From Naegleria gruberi (lineage: Eukaryota): a stretch of DNA of 64,000 nt. The stretch is taken from assembly GCA_000004985.1 (NCBI GenBank), contig GG738845.1; one strand, given 5' to 3'. The position numbers and the translations under genes were made by a program. The notes beneath the pieces were generated by a model, which saw only the letters and a program-made list of their open reading frames with translations, was not told the DNA's origin and ran no database searches. The number at the start of each line of letters is the position of its first letter. Within the stretch, counting starts at the first letter, position 1. Below, piece by piece: positions 42,687 to 53,512 of this stretch.

Positions 42687-45600
42687 TTAAACATCTTCCC
42701 ATTCGCCCATTATTTCATCATCTTCAAATTCATCTGCAATTTCAAGACCACTTGTTGTATTTCCTAAAAAGAATACAATTTGAAATGCATACTTGTTAAA
42801 GTATTTTCCACTTTGTTCTATTATTGTTGGTTTGTAAAATGATGGATTCAGCAAATCACAAAATTCCTCTGAATCAAAATAAAGCGACGTTCCACTTTTA
42901 CGTTCTTGATAATTCTTCAATTCAATTCTATTATACTTTCTAATTTGAATACTTTCTCTATCAAATGATTCATTTGCAATTAAATATTTAATTTTAAAAA
43001 TGTCAGTGGATTTAAACACTTCTAATAGATCAATAGAAAATAATCCACTTTTTCTTGATATAGGTGTCAGGTAGATATTAATATTATTTCCAAATACGTT
43101 AAAGAGATTGGAGGAGAAATTGTAATCCTCCAATACTTCAAGTGGAGTGAGAATAGAAATATTATGATGACTCATTGGTATATTCTTGGATAATTGTCTA
43201 TCAATCCATGGATGTACTCCATAGAGTGGTGATGCTGAACTCATTGAGAGAGTATTATTTAAAGATGGTGATTTCTCCAATAACTTCATACATACAACAA
43301 TCTTGTAGTCATAAGCATCATTTTTGAATTCTGTGGAGAGAATGGAAAAATGATTTTGTGAAATATTATCCAAGGCATGCTGAAATTTGTGGGAGTGTAC
43401 AGAGTAATGATTTGAATAGTAATAAGGGAAAAAAGCAACATCAACTCTCAAATATTCCAATACTGAGGAAGAATCATCTTCATGTTGTGTCGATTGTAAA
43501 TATAATGAACATGTTGCCAATGTATTATCTTCTCCACTATGAATAGTCATAAACCAATTAAATCCAAATGCTTTGAAAGTTTCAGAATGAACCTTTTTGT
43601 ACATTTCCCATTTGATTGGTTTTGAAATTTCAATACATGTTGTGAATGTATTCTCTCCTTTCCAACAATCAGGTATTGGAGTATATTGTGGAATGACATT
43701 ATTTATACCAGTACCACCCTCGCCAGTGTATAGAAAATTATTGTTATATGCCTTAGCAACCATCAACCCAAAAGGTCTACTCAAAGTAGAGAACCTTGTA
43801 TTACTTGTAAACTGAGAGATACTGTCATGTGAAAATGATTGATGTAGATTAATCTTATTTTCTAGACATTTCTTCATAAATTTATCAACATATTTTTTAA
43901 CACCAGATAAATCTAATAAATCCTCAGCAATTCTTGCAAAATGCTTAGCAATAATGTGTGGAACATTAAAATCCAATAAAATACTCAATGCTAAAAAGGT
44001 ATCCACTGTTGAATTCAATGCAATGAATACTGGAAGTGCCTTAGATAGAGAATAGATTAATGCTTCTCTATCAAATGCGAAATTACCATTCTCAATCTTG
44101 TTGGCGAAATATTTTAACAATTTTGTAAAGGACGATCCGTTCATATAGTCAAAGCTAAATACTGATTGTAAAGTATAGCATAATATAGTGAATCTATATT
44201 CATCTTTGATGGGTAAATCCAACAAGCGACTCATATATAAATTCAATTCCACTAATTTTCTCTCCTTCAATAGATTTGGAATAAGAGTTGCATTCAATTC
44301 TTCAAAGAGATGATTGGCACTCTCTACTTTGATACTCTGTAAATTTTCAGTAATAGTTTTGAGAGCACGTTCCATATTGAATTTTCTTTCCTTAATCTTG
44401 GTACAGAAAAAGTGAAAATCTCTTTCATGTTCCAACAATGAGATTTCATTGATATCCCTGAATTGAGGACAATCCACTAAAAGTAATAATGTTAATTGTT
44501 TCATGGATTTAAATGTAGAGAGTAATTGATTGGTGAGTTGAGAACAACCGTTAAAATAGATGGATTCAATAGGAGAATCATTAGTACATAATTCATTCAC
44601 AATTTCATCTTGAATGGATGATTGTTTCAATTTTAAAACTCTTAATTGAGTTAATGATTGAATATTCTTAACAAATCCCATTTCAGATCCTGAAGGATTT
44701 TCAAAAGATGAAATTGACAAGGTATATATTCTAAGTGGAAGTATCAAATGATTTGGAAATGGAACTGACATGTCTAAAATATTCAGTGTCTCTAGAGTTG
44801 TAAACTCTAATAGACTGATGGCATGATCATATACCATTGATAAATTTCTAAGTTTCTTCTTATTGGTTAGTTTCTTTACAATTTCAGATGTGATCAAATT
44901 ACCAGTGATTGATTCAAGATGAGGTAAAGGAACAATCACCTTTTCTAAATTGTGATTTTCTATCGATGCATCCAAGTGAAGTGATTTAACATTTTGACAT
45001 TTGGAAAGGAATTCAAAATTCATTTGATTTTCAAATCCAGTCACTGAAAGTTCTTTGAGGGACCTTCCAACAAGTACTGGAAGTAAAATGCCTGCTCCTT
45101 CCACTAAATCACAGGATACACTTTCTAAACGATTAAAACTTGAGGTGTCGGAAAGTTTCTTAATTAAATCTTTTGAAAATGAAACTCTTGTCATGAATAA
45201 TAGCTTTAGTTTGTTTAAATTTGGTAAAGAACAAATTGCCTCTAATAATGAATTATTATTTTTGGTAGATTCTATTCCAACAATAAATAAACTCAAATCT
45301 GTCAAATGTTCAACAATTTTTCCAAAAGCATTATTTGGAACAGTTATATCTGCTCTAACAAATAAAGAAAGTGATTTCAACTTGAGAGGTTCCTTAAAAG
45401 TAGTGAAAATTGAATTAGTTAACTGAACATCAGGTATCTCTGGATACATGAAATGGAACGAAGAAAGTTTAGGTAAATTTTTCATTAAAAATTGTGCATT
45501 CTTTTCTGAAACACCTCTCAAACGTAATTCCATTAAATTTGGGCATTGGTTTGGAATGTTTTTTAAAACTGCTGTTGGTAATATGTAATCAACTACTAAC

Positions 45601-46169
45601 TTCTCCAATTTTGAAGGAAATGTTACCTTGATATCCACTGAAATACCATTTCCTATTAAAGTTAATTGTTTCAAATTGGAAAATGATGAAAGTGAAAGGT
45701 TTTCAATATGAAAATCAAAACCACACATCAACAACTCTTCAAGACTATTCACCATTTGAAGCTTTTCATCAATGGCATCTTGTAAAAAGAATCCAGAAAA
45801 GGCATCACACGCCAACAAATCAAGCTTTCTAATTTTACAATTTAAAGATCGGAGAATTTTAAAGAATGATAAATCATCAATTTCTTCTCTAGCCTGAATT
45901 TCATCATTATCAATACTTTCTCTACTATTAATTTCTTGTAAATTTACTAATTTTGATAGATAATACTTGTTAATATTTTCCAATTGACCAGCTTTAACTC
46001 GGTAGGGAAGAATATACGAAGTTTTGTGGGTAATCCAATAATTCCAAATTAATTTGTTAAAATTATGATTGGTAGACTTGAGAGCGATTAAATGATGTTG
46101 TGGAATGAAGGGAAGGAGATGATCAAACAAGACTTCATTGGGAATATCCGAGAGGTGAATGTTGATCAT
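42687..46169 (-). CDS. F-box / leucine-rich-repeat protein (large)
   Basis: 1160-aa ORF. The N-terminus is F-box-like (IPNEVLFDHLLPFIPQHHLIALKSTNHNFNKLIWNYW). About 400 aa of LRR-like L-x-x-L-x-L segments follow (LKSLSLFVRADITVPNN, LKLLFMTRVSFSKDLIKKL, and others). Confidence 0.55.
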   Translation of the reverse strand: MINIHLSDIPNEVLFDHLLPFIPQHHLIALKSTNHNFNKLIWNYWITHKTSYILPYRVKAGQLENINKYYLSKLVNLQEINSRESIDNDEIQAREEIDDLSFFKILRSLNCKIRKLDLLACDAFSGFFLQDAIDEKLQMVNSLEELLMCGFDFHIENLSLSSFSNLKQLTLIGNGISVDIKVTFPSKLEKLVVDYILPTAVLKNIPNQCPNLMELRLRGVSEKNAQFLMKNLPKLSSFHFMYPEIPDVQLTNSIFTTFKEPLKLKSLSLFVRADITVPNNAFGKIVEHLTDLSLFIVGIESTKNNNSLLEAICSLPNLNKLKLLFMTRVSFSKDLIKKLSDTSSFNRLESVSCDLVEGAGILLPVLVGRSLKELSVTGFENQMNFEFLSKCQNVKSLHLDASIENHNLEKVIVPLPHLESITGNLITSEIVKKLTNKKKLRNLSMVYDHAISLLEFTTLETLNILDMSVPFPNHLILPLRIYTLSISSFENPSGSEMGFVKNIQSLTQLRVLKLKQSSIQDEIVNELCTNDSPIESIYFNGCSQLTNQLLSTFKSMKQLTLLLLVDCPQFRDINEISLLEHERDFHFFCTKIKERKFNMERALKTITENLQSIKVESANHLFEELNATLIPNLLKERKLVELNLYMSRLLDLPIKDEYRFTILCYTLQSVFSFDYMNGSSFTKLLKYFANKIENGNFAFDREALIYSLSKALPVFIALNSTVDTFLALSILLDFNVPHIIAKHFARIAEDLLDLSGVKKYVDKFMKKCLENKINLHQSFSHDSISQFTSNTRFSTLSRPFGLMVAKAYNNNFLYTGEGGTGINNVIPQYTPIPDCWKGENTFTTCIEISKPIKWEMYKKVHSETFKAFGFNWFMTIHSGEDNTLATCSLYLQSTQHEDDSSSVLEYLRVDVAFFPYYYSNHYSVHSHKFQHALDNISQNHFSILSTEFKNDAYDYKIVVCMKLLEKSPSLNNTLSMSSASPLYGVHPWIDRQLSKNIPMSHHNISILTPLEVLEDYNFSSNLFNVFGNNINIYLTPISRKSGLFSIDLLEVFKSTDIFKIKYLIANESFDRESIQIRKYNRIELKNYQERKSGTSLYFDSEEFCDLLNPSFYKPTIIEQSGKYFNKYAFQIVFFLGNTTSGLEIADEFEDDEIMGEWEDV

Positions 46170-46816
46170 TTTTTTTAAAGGCTTTTCTGAATTTCCTGTT
46201 TTTACCCGATTTTAGATTTTACAACAACAATAAAAATTCAAGAAATGGGTCTTTGATCCCGTGCTGATTTTTCTACACTACCCAACAAGTGCTTCGTCAA
46301 TTGGAATACACTCTTCTAGTACTACTATTTAAACCACTAATAAACATCATATTATTCATCAAATATTTGTCATCATGTCAATTTACCATTGGCAAATCTG
46401 ATACCAGTGTTGATTTTCAGCCCGATATCAAATTATTGAACAATAAAACAATCGAAGTGTAAAGTATACAAACTCCACCCCACACACTTATTTTGATGTG
46501 AATTCACATATTGGTGACTTTAATATTTATATGTTAGAAACTTTGCTTATAAACTGGCTGAATCTAGACTCATAATAGAAGTAGTACATTGATTACTAAT
46601 AACATCATCACAAGTTTAAGATAGTTATCTTTTCGTTGAGTATGAATTGAATTATTAATGTAGTAAATTGACAGAATACTTTGATTTGCCTATGAATTGG
46701 ATTTGTTATTTCCTATTCTGAAATCTTGTTATCATGGTCAATATTTTCTAAATGAAGATTCAGTGTTACATTATCAATTTTCTCTCTGAAGTGCGCAATT
46801 CAATTCGTCAATTATA

Positions 46817-47791
46817 ATGAAATGGGCTGAGACATTACAATTTTCAAAAAAAATGTTAAACGACTCAGTTTCGGTTGTCTTGGACGAAACTATTGAAAGC
46901 AAATTACTGCAAGGAAAATCCATCCACAAATTTATCCCATTCAAGTCATTCGAGAAGATCAAAAGTTATTCATTGGCAGAGATGAATACTCCAGAAACAA
47001 TTGTGATTTACAATGGAAAGATCATTATTGGTGATACTTACAATAACAATTTGGTGACGATTGACATGATTGAAGGTGAAAAGAAAGTTATTGAATTTAA
47101 CGATTCTCCATTCCACCCTTTCCAGATTTATATCGAGAATGGATATAAAAAGGATGGAAAGCAAAGTTATGGATCTGCATTGATATTCTATTGTTTCACT
47201 CAAGGTGTTCAAAAACATGACATGAGGGATGTGTTAAATGAGTGGAATTCATCAAAAGCTATTTGGAAGTTGAATGTGTCATTTGGTTGCATGATCATTG
47301 ATAAAACGAGGGGTGCAATTCATGTGTTTCCAAAGTATGAGTTCTTGTCTGCCTATGTTCCAGTTGTATTTCCTGAAAATACATCCTTTGATCTGGAAAC
47401 TGGAGTAAAATTGAGTGATAACTTCAAGATCAATAGAGAAACATTCACATTTCCAGTATTTGGACCAGATAACTCTGTATTGATTCATGACGGAAATACT
47501 ATTGAGAAATTAATATTGAAAGATGGAGAGTATTCTGATAAGGATATTGGTTTCAGATCTTTGAAGAAAGAAGGAGTGTATAGATTGTATTATGATAACG
47601 AGTTGACTGGACTGTTATTTGTGATTGGAAAGGATTATATTTCTGTATTGGATACTAATCTCATTGAAAAGTATTCTTACCCAATTGATTTTGTTTGCAC
47701 ACAAATAGCTGTCAATAAGGAAACAAGTGAACTATTTGTTTTGAGTGCCAATAACAAGATTTTACATGTTTACAAAATACATACTGATTAA
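46817..47791 (+). CDS. Hypothetical protein
   Basis: 324-aa ORF with a Met start and globular, non-repetitive composition. Confidence 0.45.
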   Translation: MKWAETLQFSKKMLNDSVSVVLDETIESKLLQGKSIHKFIPFKSFEKIKSYSLAEMNTPETIVIYNGKIIIGDTYNNNLVTIDMIEGEKKVIEFNDSPFHPFQIYIENGYKKDGKQSYGSALIFYCFTQGVQKHDMRDVLNEWNSSKAIWKLNVSFGCMIIDKTRGAIHVFPKYEFLSAYVPVVFPENTSFDLETGVKLSDNFKINRETFTFPVFGPDNSVLIHDGNTIEKLILKDGEYSDKDIGFRSLKKEGVYRLYYDNELTGLLFVIGKDYISVLDTNLIEKYSYPIDFVCTQIAVNKETSELFVLSANNKILHVYKIHTD

Positions 47792-47858
47792 AGACGCACT
47801 ACTAAACAAATTTATAAATTTAATTGATTTCTCATTAAGAATAGGATTTTTTGCTAAA

Positions 47859-48850
47859 CTAATCCTTTACAATATTAATCCTTAACAAGTGTTCAACTGT
47901 TTCTCTAATCATTACATTATTACCAATGAATTCAGTTAAACCCAATTCTCGTTTAATCTTCTTATTCGAATAATAAGATGGCTTTCCAAGATTACTATTA
48001 ATACCTTGTCTAATTCCTTTTGGTTGAAATAGAGCTATTCCCTTCACTAATAGACTTCCAAGTGCTCCTTCCAAAGATAATGTTGGTAATTTTTTGAGAA
48101 AGTTTCTTTCTGGGAATTCCTTCTTGATTATTTCACATACTTGTCTTATTGAAATAGTTTCATCTCCACATGAAATGAAACGTTCTCCTTTGGATGGTAA
48201 AAATCTAAGTTGATTGTCCATGTCCAGTTCCATGCATTTCACATGTGAAAGAGCAACGTCTTTAACATCTACAAATGTCATGTGCATGTCAATTAGTGCT
48301 GGCTGGCATTTCGCCATTGAGAATTTTAGCTAAAATGTCATGGGATTGGTTGACTTGTTGTGGAAGAATTGGCTTACCAATTACACCACTTGGACAAATA
48401 GTTGCCATTTCAATGAAATCTTCTCCATGTTTAGTTTGCATTTCTTTCATCAACTTCCAAGGCTCTCTGAAGTGACTTTCGAATAAAAATAAGGATTTCT
48501 ATCCACAGTTGACAATTCATTCCAATCATCCTCAGTATAAATCTTATCCTTCTCTGCTGTATCACATATAGCAACAATGGATGAAGTAATAATGATCCTT
48601 TGCAGTCTATTGTGATCTTGAGATGATTGTTCTAATCTGAGCTTGATACATTCATTCAGAATATTCAACGTTCCTTTCACAGCTGGATCCACCAACTCTA
48701 GCTGTGGATCCTTCACAGTTAACTTGTATGGACTAGCAACGTGATGTACAAATCGACATCCCTTATTTTGATTGTAATTAGTGCGCTGTTCAACTCAATT
48801 GAAGTGCTCATATGGAAGTTATCACTTGTTTGTAAAATGGTGTTTATTAA
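47859..48850 (-). pseudogene. NAD(P)-dependent epimerase/dehydratase, cinnamoyl-CoA-reductase-like; N-terminally truncated and with at least 2 frameshifts
   Basis: Fragments in three frames align in order to the CCR/DFR family. First is FVHHVASPYKLTVKDPQLELVDPAVKGTLNILNEC ... PYFYSKVTSE, carrying the YxxxK motif. After a frameshift comes PWKLMKEMQTKHGEDFIEMATICPSGVIGKPILPQ...ILAKILNG. After a second frameshift comes HMTFVDVKDVALSHV... The N-terminal Rossmann GxxGxxG segment is absent, because that position is occupied by the 3' end of the neighbouring gene. Confidence 0.55.
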
Positions 48851-50132
48851 TTGATTACCAATAAAATTACAACAAAGGTAATTGTGAATAAATAGCTCCA
48901 AATGGTAGCTGCTTGTGATGTTCTTGAAATATCAACATTAATTGATTTGGTATCTGAAAGTGTTTGATAAGTTGCCTTAAGAGAGGCTGAAGATGCAGCT
49001 GTTGCTGACAACTGAACTGAGAAGGAAGCAACACCTTCACTTGCCACTTTAGATTTATCACCAGTTATTGTAATACCAGATGATCCTACCATTTCCAAAG
49101 TGATAGTTCCTGAACCTGATTTGAGAGTATTTCCACTCGAATCCAACATTGAGACAGTTGCAGTGAATGCTGCACCACTATTCACAGAGGATGGAAGTGA
49201 GAGTTTGATACTGGAAGGTTGGGTTGGGTGACTGTGGTGGAGGTTTCACATTTACTACCAGTGTATCCTGAGAAGCATGTACACAAATCTTGACCACTAC
49301 ATGTTCCTTTACTGACAGTAGTACTGGAAGGTGCAATGCCATAACAAGTGAATTGAGATTGAGTGGCAGTCACTGTAAACTCAGCAGATGTCAATGAAGG
49401 AGCAGACATAAATTGGGTATTGATAGAAGCGAATAATTTAACAGTACCAGAGCTTGGTGCAGTGATTTCTGGACCTTTCATAATACCATTAGAAGCCATG
49501 GAAGAGTGTAAAGAACCAGGGTAGGTTAGATCAATTAAATAATTTCTTGGAACAACATTTCCATCACTATCGACAATTCTAACTTCAGGTGTGAATTTGG
49601 ATCCAGCCACAACAAGTGAAGGAGCAATAATAAGCAATTTTGAAGCAGATTTGGAACAAGCGCAATAATTTTGTACATCAACTGAACAGGAGGTAATGCT
49701 ATTCTTACATGAGAGTTTGGTAGTGTAATCAGTGGTATCAAGAATTAAGGAATTAGAGGCACTGAAACATTCTCCAACATTGTACCTGGTTTGTTCTTTA
49801 GAAAATTCAGCCACCTTGACAGAGGTATCAGTGGATGTTGTTTCAATAATGTAGGTGTGGTAGTCACCTTTTGGTGAAACCAAGAGATCCATTGCACTGA
49901 CATAATAACCAGTTGGACATTTGGTAGGACATTTAACTTCAATTGAGAAGAGGAAGGATAAGGTTACACTTCCTCCACATCTAGGACAGGAACATGTGGC
50001 TTGGGATGCTCTCTTTTGAAATAAATTGACTGGTTGGGGAATGTTGGAAGTATCACTTGTGGCAACAGTCAACTCGTAAGCAAAAGTGAAGAGGAATAGA
50101 CAAATGAGTAAAATTATATTAGAAACTTTCAT
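48847..50132 (-). CDS. Secreted Cys/Ser/Thr-rich protein with C-terminal hydrophobic tail (GPI-anchor-like); one frame discontinuity at 49182-49185
   Basis: ORF 49182-50132 has a signal peptide (MKVSNIILLICLFLFTFAYE) and is Cys-rich, with an EGF-like CSGQDLCTCFSGYTGSKC module. ORF 48847-49185 in the +1 frame continues with Ser/Thr-rich sequence ending IWSYLFTITFVVILLVIN. No intron fits the junction. Confidence 0.5.
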
Positions 50133-50567
50133 TGTTGTTTTTTTAATACTTTCTCCAGGTGGCCAAGGTTTTCAGCAGCTTTTATTGAGTTTGCCTGAGT
50201 TGTGAATTCTGTGCGTCTTTCAACAACAATCAATATCCAATCATTTTAGTTCCGAAATCATTGTAAATTACATTCTCATATTTCAAATGTCATTGGGGTT
50301 ATTGTTTCTATTGGTAAGTTATGGTTGAGTTTGGTACTTTCAAATTTACAATGAATCTTGCCGTGCAGCAACTTTGAAATTAACAAGAACTGATGCTCTA
50401 ATGTTGTGGCTGATGAATCAGTTGTTTAAAGGCTTAATAACTTCAATGTCTCTTCAAATGTCTCCTTAATTAATGAAAATTTGATTCCTTGTATTTGGAT
50501 TATGATATGTGGTGACAATAATGACAATAATGAAAAAAAATTTCATGAGTGTGGGACTGATAAAATT

Positions 50568-50658
50568 TGATGAGTGTGGGATTTGAACCCACGCCCTTGC
50601 GGAACACGGTATTAATCATACCTTAACGTGTCGTCTTAGACCACTCGACCAACTCACC
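50568..50658 (-). tRNA. tRNA-Leu (AAG) with 11-nt intron, identical copy 3; adjacent 20-bp partial duplicate of its 3' end at ~50541-50560
   Basis: The 91-nt sequence is identical to the other two copies. After its TTTT terminator, a second copy of CCCACACTCAT reappears, followed by a T8 run. Confidence 0.8.
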
Positions 50659-50950
50659 ATCTGTAAATTTTATAAATATTACTATTATGTTGATTTTTGA
50701 GGAGATATTTTTACGTTGGTCAAAAATGAAATTAAATATTACCGTATTAGAAAGTAGGCGGGAAGGTTTGAAAGAAGCAAGTTTTTTTGTGTGCAAATCC
50801 GTCACAAAAAAACTTGCTTCTGCAAACAGTGTGTAAAAATATTTGCATTAAGCTATTTTAACACGCGAACAGATAACTATATTTCACAACAAAAAAAAAC
50901 AACACAACCAAACAATAATATATTTCACACAACAAGAAAACACAACGAAA

Positions 50951-52120
50951 ATGCAAGCTCAAGTCAATTTTAATCAAATCAAGTCATCAATCTTTGTTCC
51001 TTTGGATAAGAAGAAATCTGATCAACATTGTTCTCTCCTTTTCAGCAATCTAATTGGTACTGCTTTACAATTCAGAGACAACAAGTACACATACTGTGGA
51101 TCATATGATCTTTCACAGTGGTTGGTTCTCTGCTTTAATACTATGGTCAAACAAGATGAGAAGTTATTTGCAGATATTGTTATCCCATTGGTAGCATATA
51201 TTTCGATTGTTGACGATGCATGTGATGAGAAGATTACAGACATCTCTATTGAAGAGATGAAATCACATTGCATGATATTTAGAGGTGAATCTGTACAAGC
51301 AACAAACCCAGCTCACAAGATGGGAAAACTCGTCTATAATTTGATCAAAGACAGTAGATTCGATGGAATTAGAGGAAAGATTTTAGAATTCTTGACCGTT
51401 GGAACCAATCTCATAGAGAAGGCAAAGAATGAATGCGAAAATAATGGACTTGTCTCTGAAGAAACCTTGCTTGCCTTTTTGAAAGAAAGAAGAGTCGACT
51501 CAATGTCCTCTCTTTTCTTTACTATTAATAATTTCTTTAATGACATTCCAGAGATCGATACATGCGATCACGTCATTGAATATAACCACTTGGCATGTGA
51601 CATTATCAGTTTGTTCAATGATGTTGCCTCAATCGCTAAAGATGCCAAGAAGGTTGTTAACAATTATATCATTTTGAATAAGGGCTTGAAAGAGGGCATG
51701 TCATACAGCCAACTTAAACAACTCCCAGTTGAAGCCTTTGATTCATCCCTCAATGAAGTATTGGAATTAATCAAAGAGAAATTGCAACAAATGGAAACAA
51801 TCAAATCCTCCAACCCAGACAACTCCAAACAATTTGAATCCATCGATGAAGTGATGAAAGGATATTGTACTTGGTGCATCATTTCAAAGAGATTCCAACA
51901 TTCTAACCACCTCCTTCCTGAATACCATTCCAAAAAATCAGTACTCAAGGCAATGATTGAAACTGTGTTAATGCCATTCCTCAAACCTTGGTCTGATAAT
52001 GATATGCTCACCTATCTTGATGATATTGAAAATTCCATGAAGAAATCCTCCTTTTCAAGCATATTGGACTCATTTGCCTACTCTATCGGAAAATTTTGCT
52101 CTTTTTCAATCACTAATTAA
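50951..52120 (+). CDS. Class I terpene synthase (microbial-type, as found in dictyostelid TPS families)
   Basis: 389-aa ORF. The Asp-rich motif DDxxDE appears in SIVDDACDE. The NSE/DTE-like second metal-binding motif is NDVASIAKD, about 140 aa downstream. The fold is all-helical. Confidence 0.7.
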   Translation: MQAQVNFNQIKSSIFVPLDKKKSDQHCSLLFSNLIGTALQFRDNKYTYCGSYDLSQWLVLCFNTMVKQDEKLFADIVIPLVAYISIVDDACDEKITDISIEEMKSHCMIFRGESVQATNPAHKMGKLVYNLIKDSRFDGIRGKILEFLTVGTNLIEKAKNECENNGLVSEETLLAFLKERRVDSMSSLFFTINNFFNDIPEIDTCDHVIEYNHLACDIISLFNDVASIAKDAKKVVNNYIILNKGLKEGMSYSQLKQLPVEAFDSSLNEVLELIKEKLQQMETIKSSNPDNSKQFESIDEVMKGYCTWCIISKRFQHSNHLLPEYHSKKSVLKAMIETVLMPFLKPWSDNDMLTYLDDIENSMKKSSFSSILDSFAYSIGKFCSFSITN

Positions 52121-52422
52121 TTGTAAATAAATTCACCTAATTCATTCAATAATATTCACAAGTAATTAATTGCAACAATGATATCAAATAGTAGTTTTTT
52201 TGATTCTAAAGTAATTAATTTAAATTTACCCATTCGGAATATGTAATGATGAAAGGTTAACAATTCATTTTTAATTAGTATAGCAAAGAAGAAGGCCTTG
52301 AGTATCCATCAACATGTATGCACTGTGTCTTCACTAATAATCACATGTAATTACTTGCAACAACAATAATTATTTTTTAAAAATTGTAAAGAAATTTAAT
52401 TTTTTATTGTTATTTTAAAAAA

Positions 52423-53280
52423 ATGTTCAGACAAGGTTTGCTCTCACTCTCCTCATCATTAAAAACCGTCTCGGGTTCTTCAAATTTGTTCGCTCGAGGC
52501 TTTTCCAAGCAATTATCTGGTGTTGTTGCTTTAAATTCCTCCCAATCATCTCTTCTTCAATTTACATCATCACTCAATGTTCAACAAACTAGATGTTATG
52601 CCATCCCTAGAAAAGTTAGAACTAAACTCTGGTATGAACAACAGGAAAAGGAAAAAGTGGACGGAAAGGGTAGAATTAAATATGCTAGACAACAACCTGA
52701 AGTTAACAATACTTTTATTCTTCAACAATTGTCTGTTCTGAAGAAGAATCGTAATTGGAAGAGAGCATACACTATCTTTAAGAGAATCTCAGAAACCAAG
52801 GCCAGACCAAAGGCTGAAGTTTTTCAAATGTTGTTGTACACAATCGGATATAGAGGAGGTCAAATGAAAGAAGCTTTTGAAGTTTTTAATTACATGAAAA
52901 AATGCCAAAAGGATGTTAAATCATACAATGTTATGCTCCACGCTTGTTCAAAGTATCCAGTTGAAATGAATACATATATTCGGGATCATGATGAAACAAC
53001 AAATTCATTCAACACTGCTGTTAAAATATATAATGAAATCAAGGAACGTAAGATTACGTCGTTCACCATTTCCTACATGGCCAAGTGTGTTGAAAGTGCT
53101 GTTCAACAAAATCTCTTGGATGAAGCTGGTAAACAAGAATGGATTCAAACTCTCCAACAAGATGGTGAAGCATTCCTCCAAAATCCAAATGTTCAAAAAG
53201 CATTGACACAAGCTGCTCAAGCTGTTTCCACTGTTGTTGAAAAAGTTGAACCTGTTGCCGAACAAAAACAACAAGCCTAA
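52423..53280 (+). CDS. Hypothetical mitochondrial-targeted helical-repeat (PPR-like) protein
   Basis: 285-aa ORF. The N-terminal presequence is basic and Ser-rich. The segment AYTIFKRISETKARPKAEVFQMLLYTIGYRGGQMKEAFEVFNYMKK...SYNVMLHACSK resembles PPR/TPR-like helical hairpins. This assignment is weak. Confidence 0.4.
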   Translation: MFRQGLLSLSSSLKTVSGSSNLFARGFSKQLSGVVALNSSQSSLLQFTSSLNVQQTRCYAIPRKVRTKLWYEQQEKEKVDGKGRIKYARQQPEVNNTFILQQLSVLKKNRNWKRAYTIFKRISETKARPKAEVFQMLLYTIGYRGGQMKEAFEVFNYMKKCQKDVKSYNVMLHACSKYPVEMNTYIRDHDETTNSFNTAVKIYNEIKERKITSFTISYMAKCVESAVQQNLLDEAGKQEWIQTLQQDGEAFLQNPNVQKALTQAAQAVSTVVEKVEPVAEQKQQA

Positions 53281-53512
53281 ATTCCACTCCAAAAAAACAT
53301 TTAAATAACTAATCAACCAAATAAAGGATTTTTTAAAATTACAAAAATTTTAAATTGTGTAACAACTCTTGTCAACTTACAGAAATATTTATTAATAAAT
53401 ATGTAGCTCAGATTTTTGTTAATATTGTAAACTGAGTAATATAAACTGTAAGTTGATATTGAATCATTTTTGATCAAAACCCTTTTTTGAAGTGTTTTAT
53501 AAATCAGTACCC

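Noticed and set aside
49150-49185. 35-nt GTATCA...AATAG as an intron joining the two ORFs of the secreted Cys-rich gene.
   Set aside because: It is too short. Its removal would also continue in the wrong frame relative to the coding-like downstream ORF.
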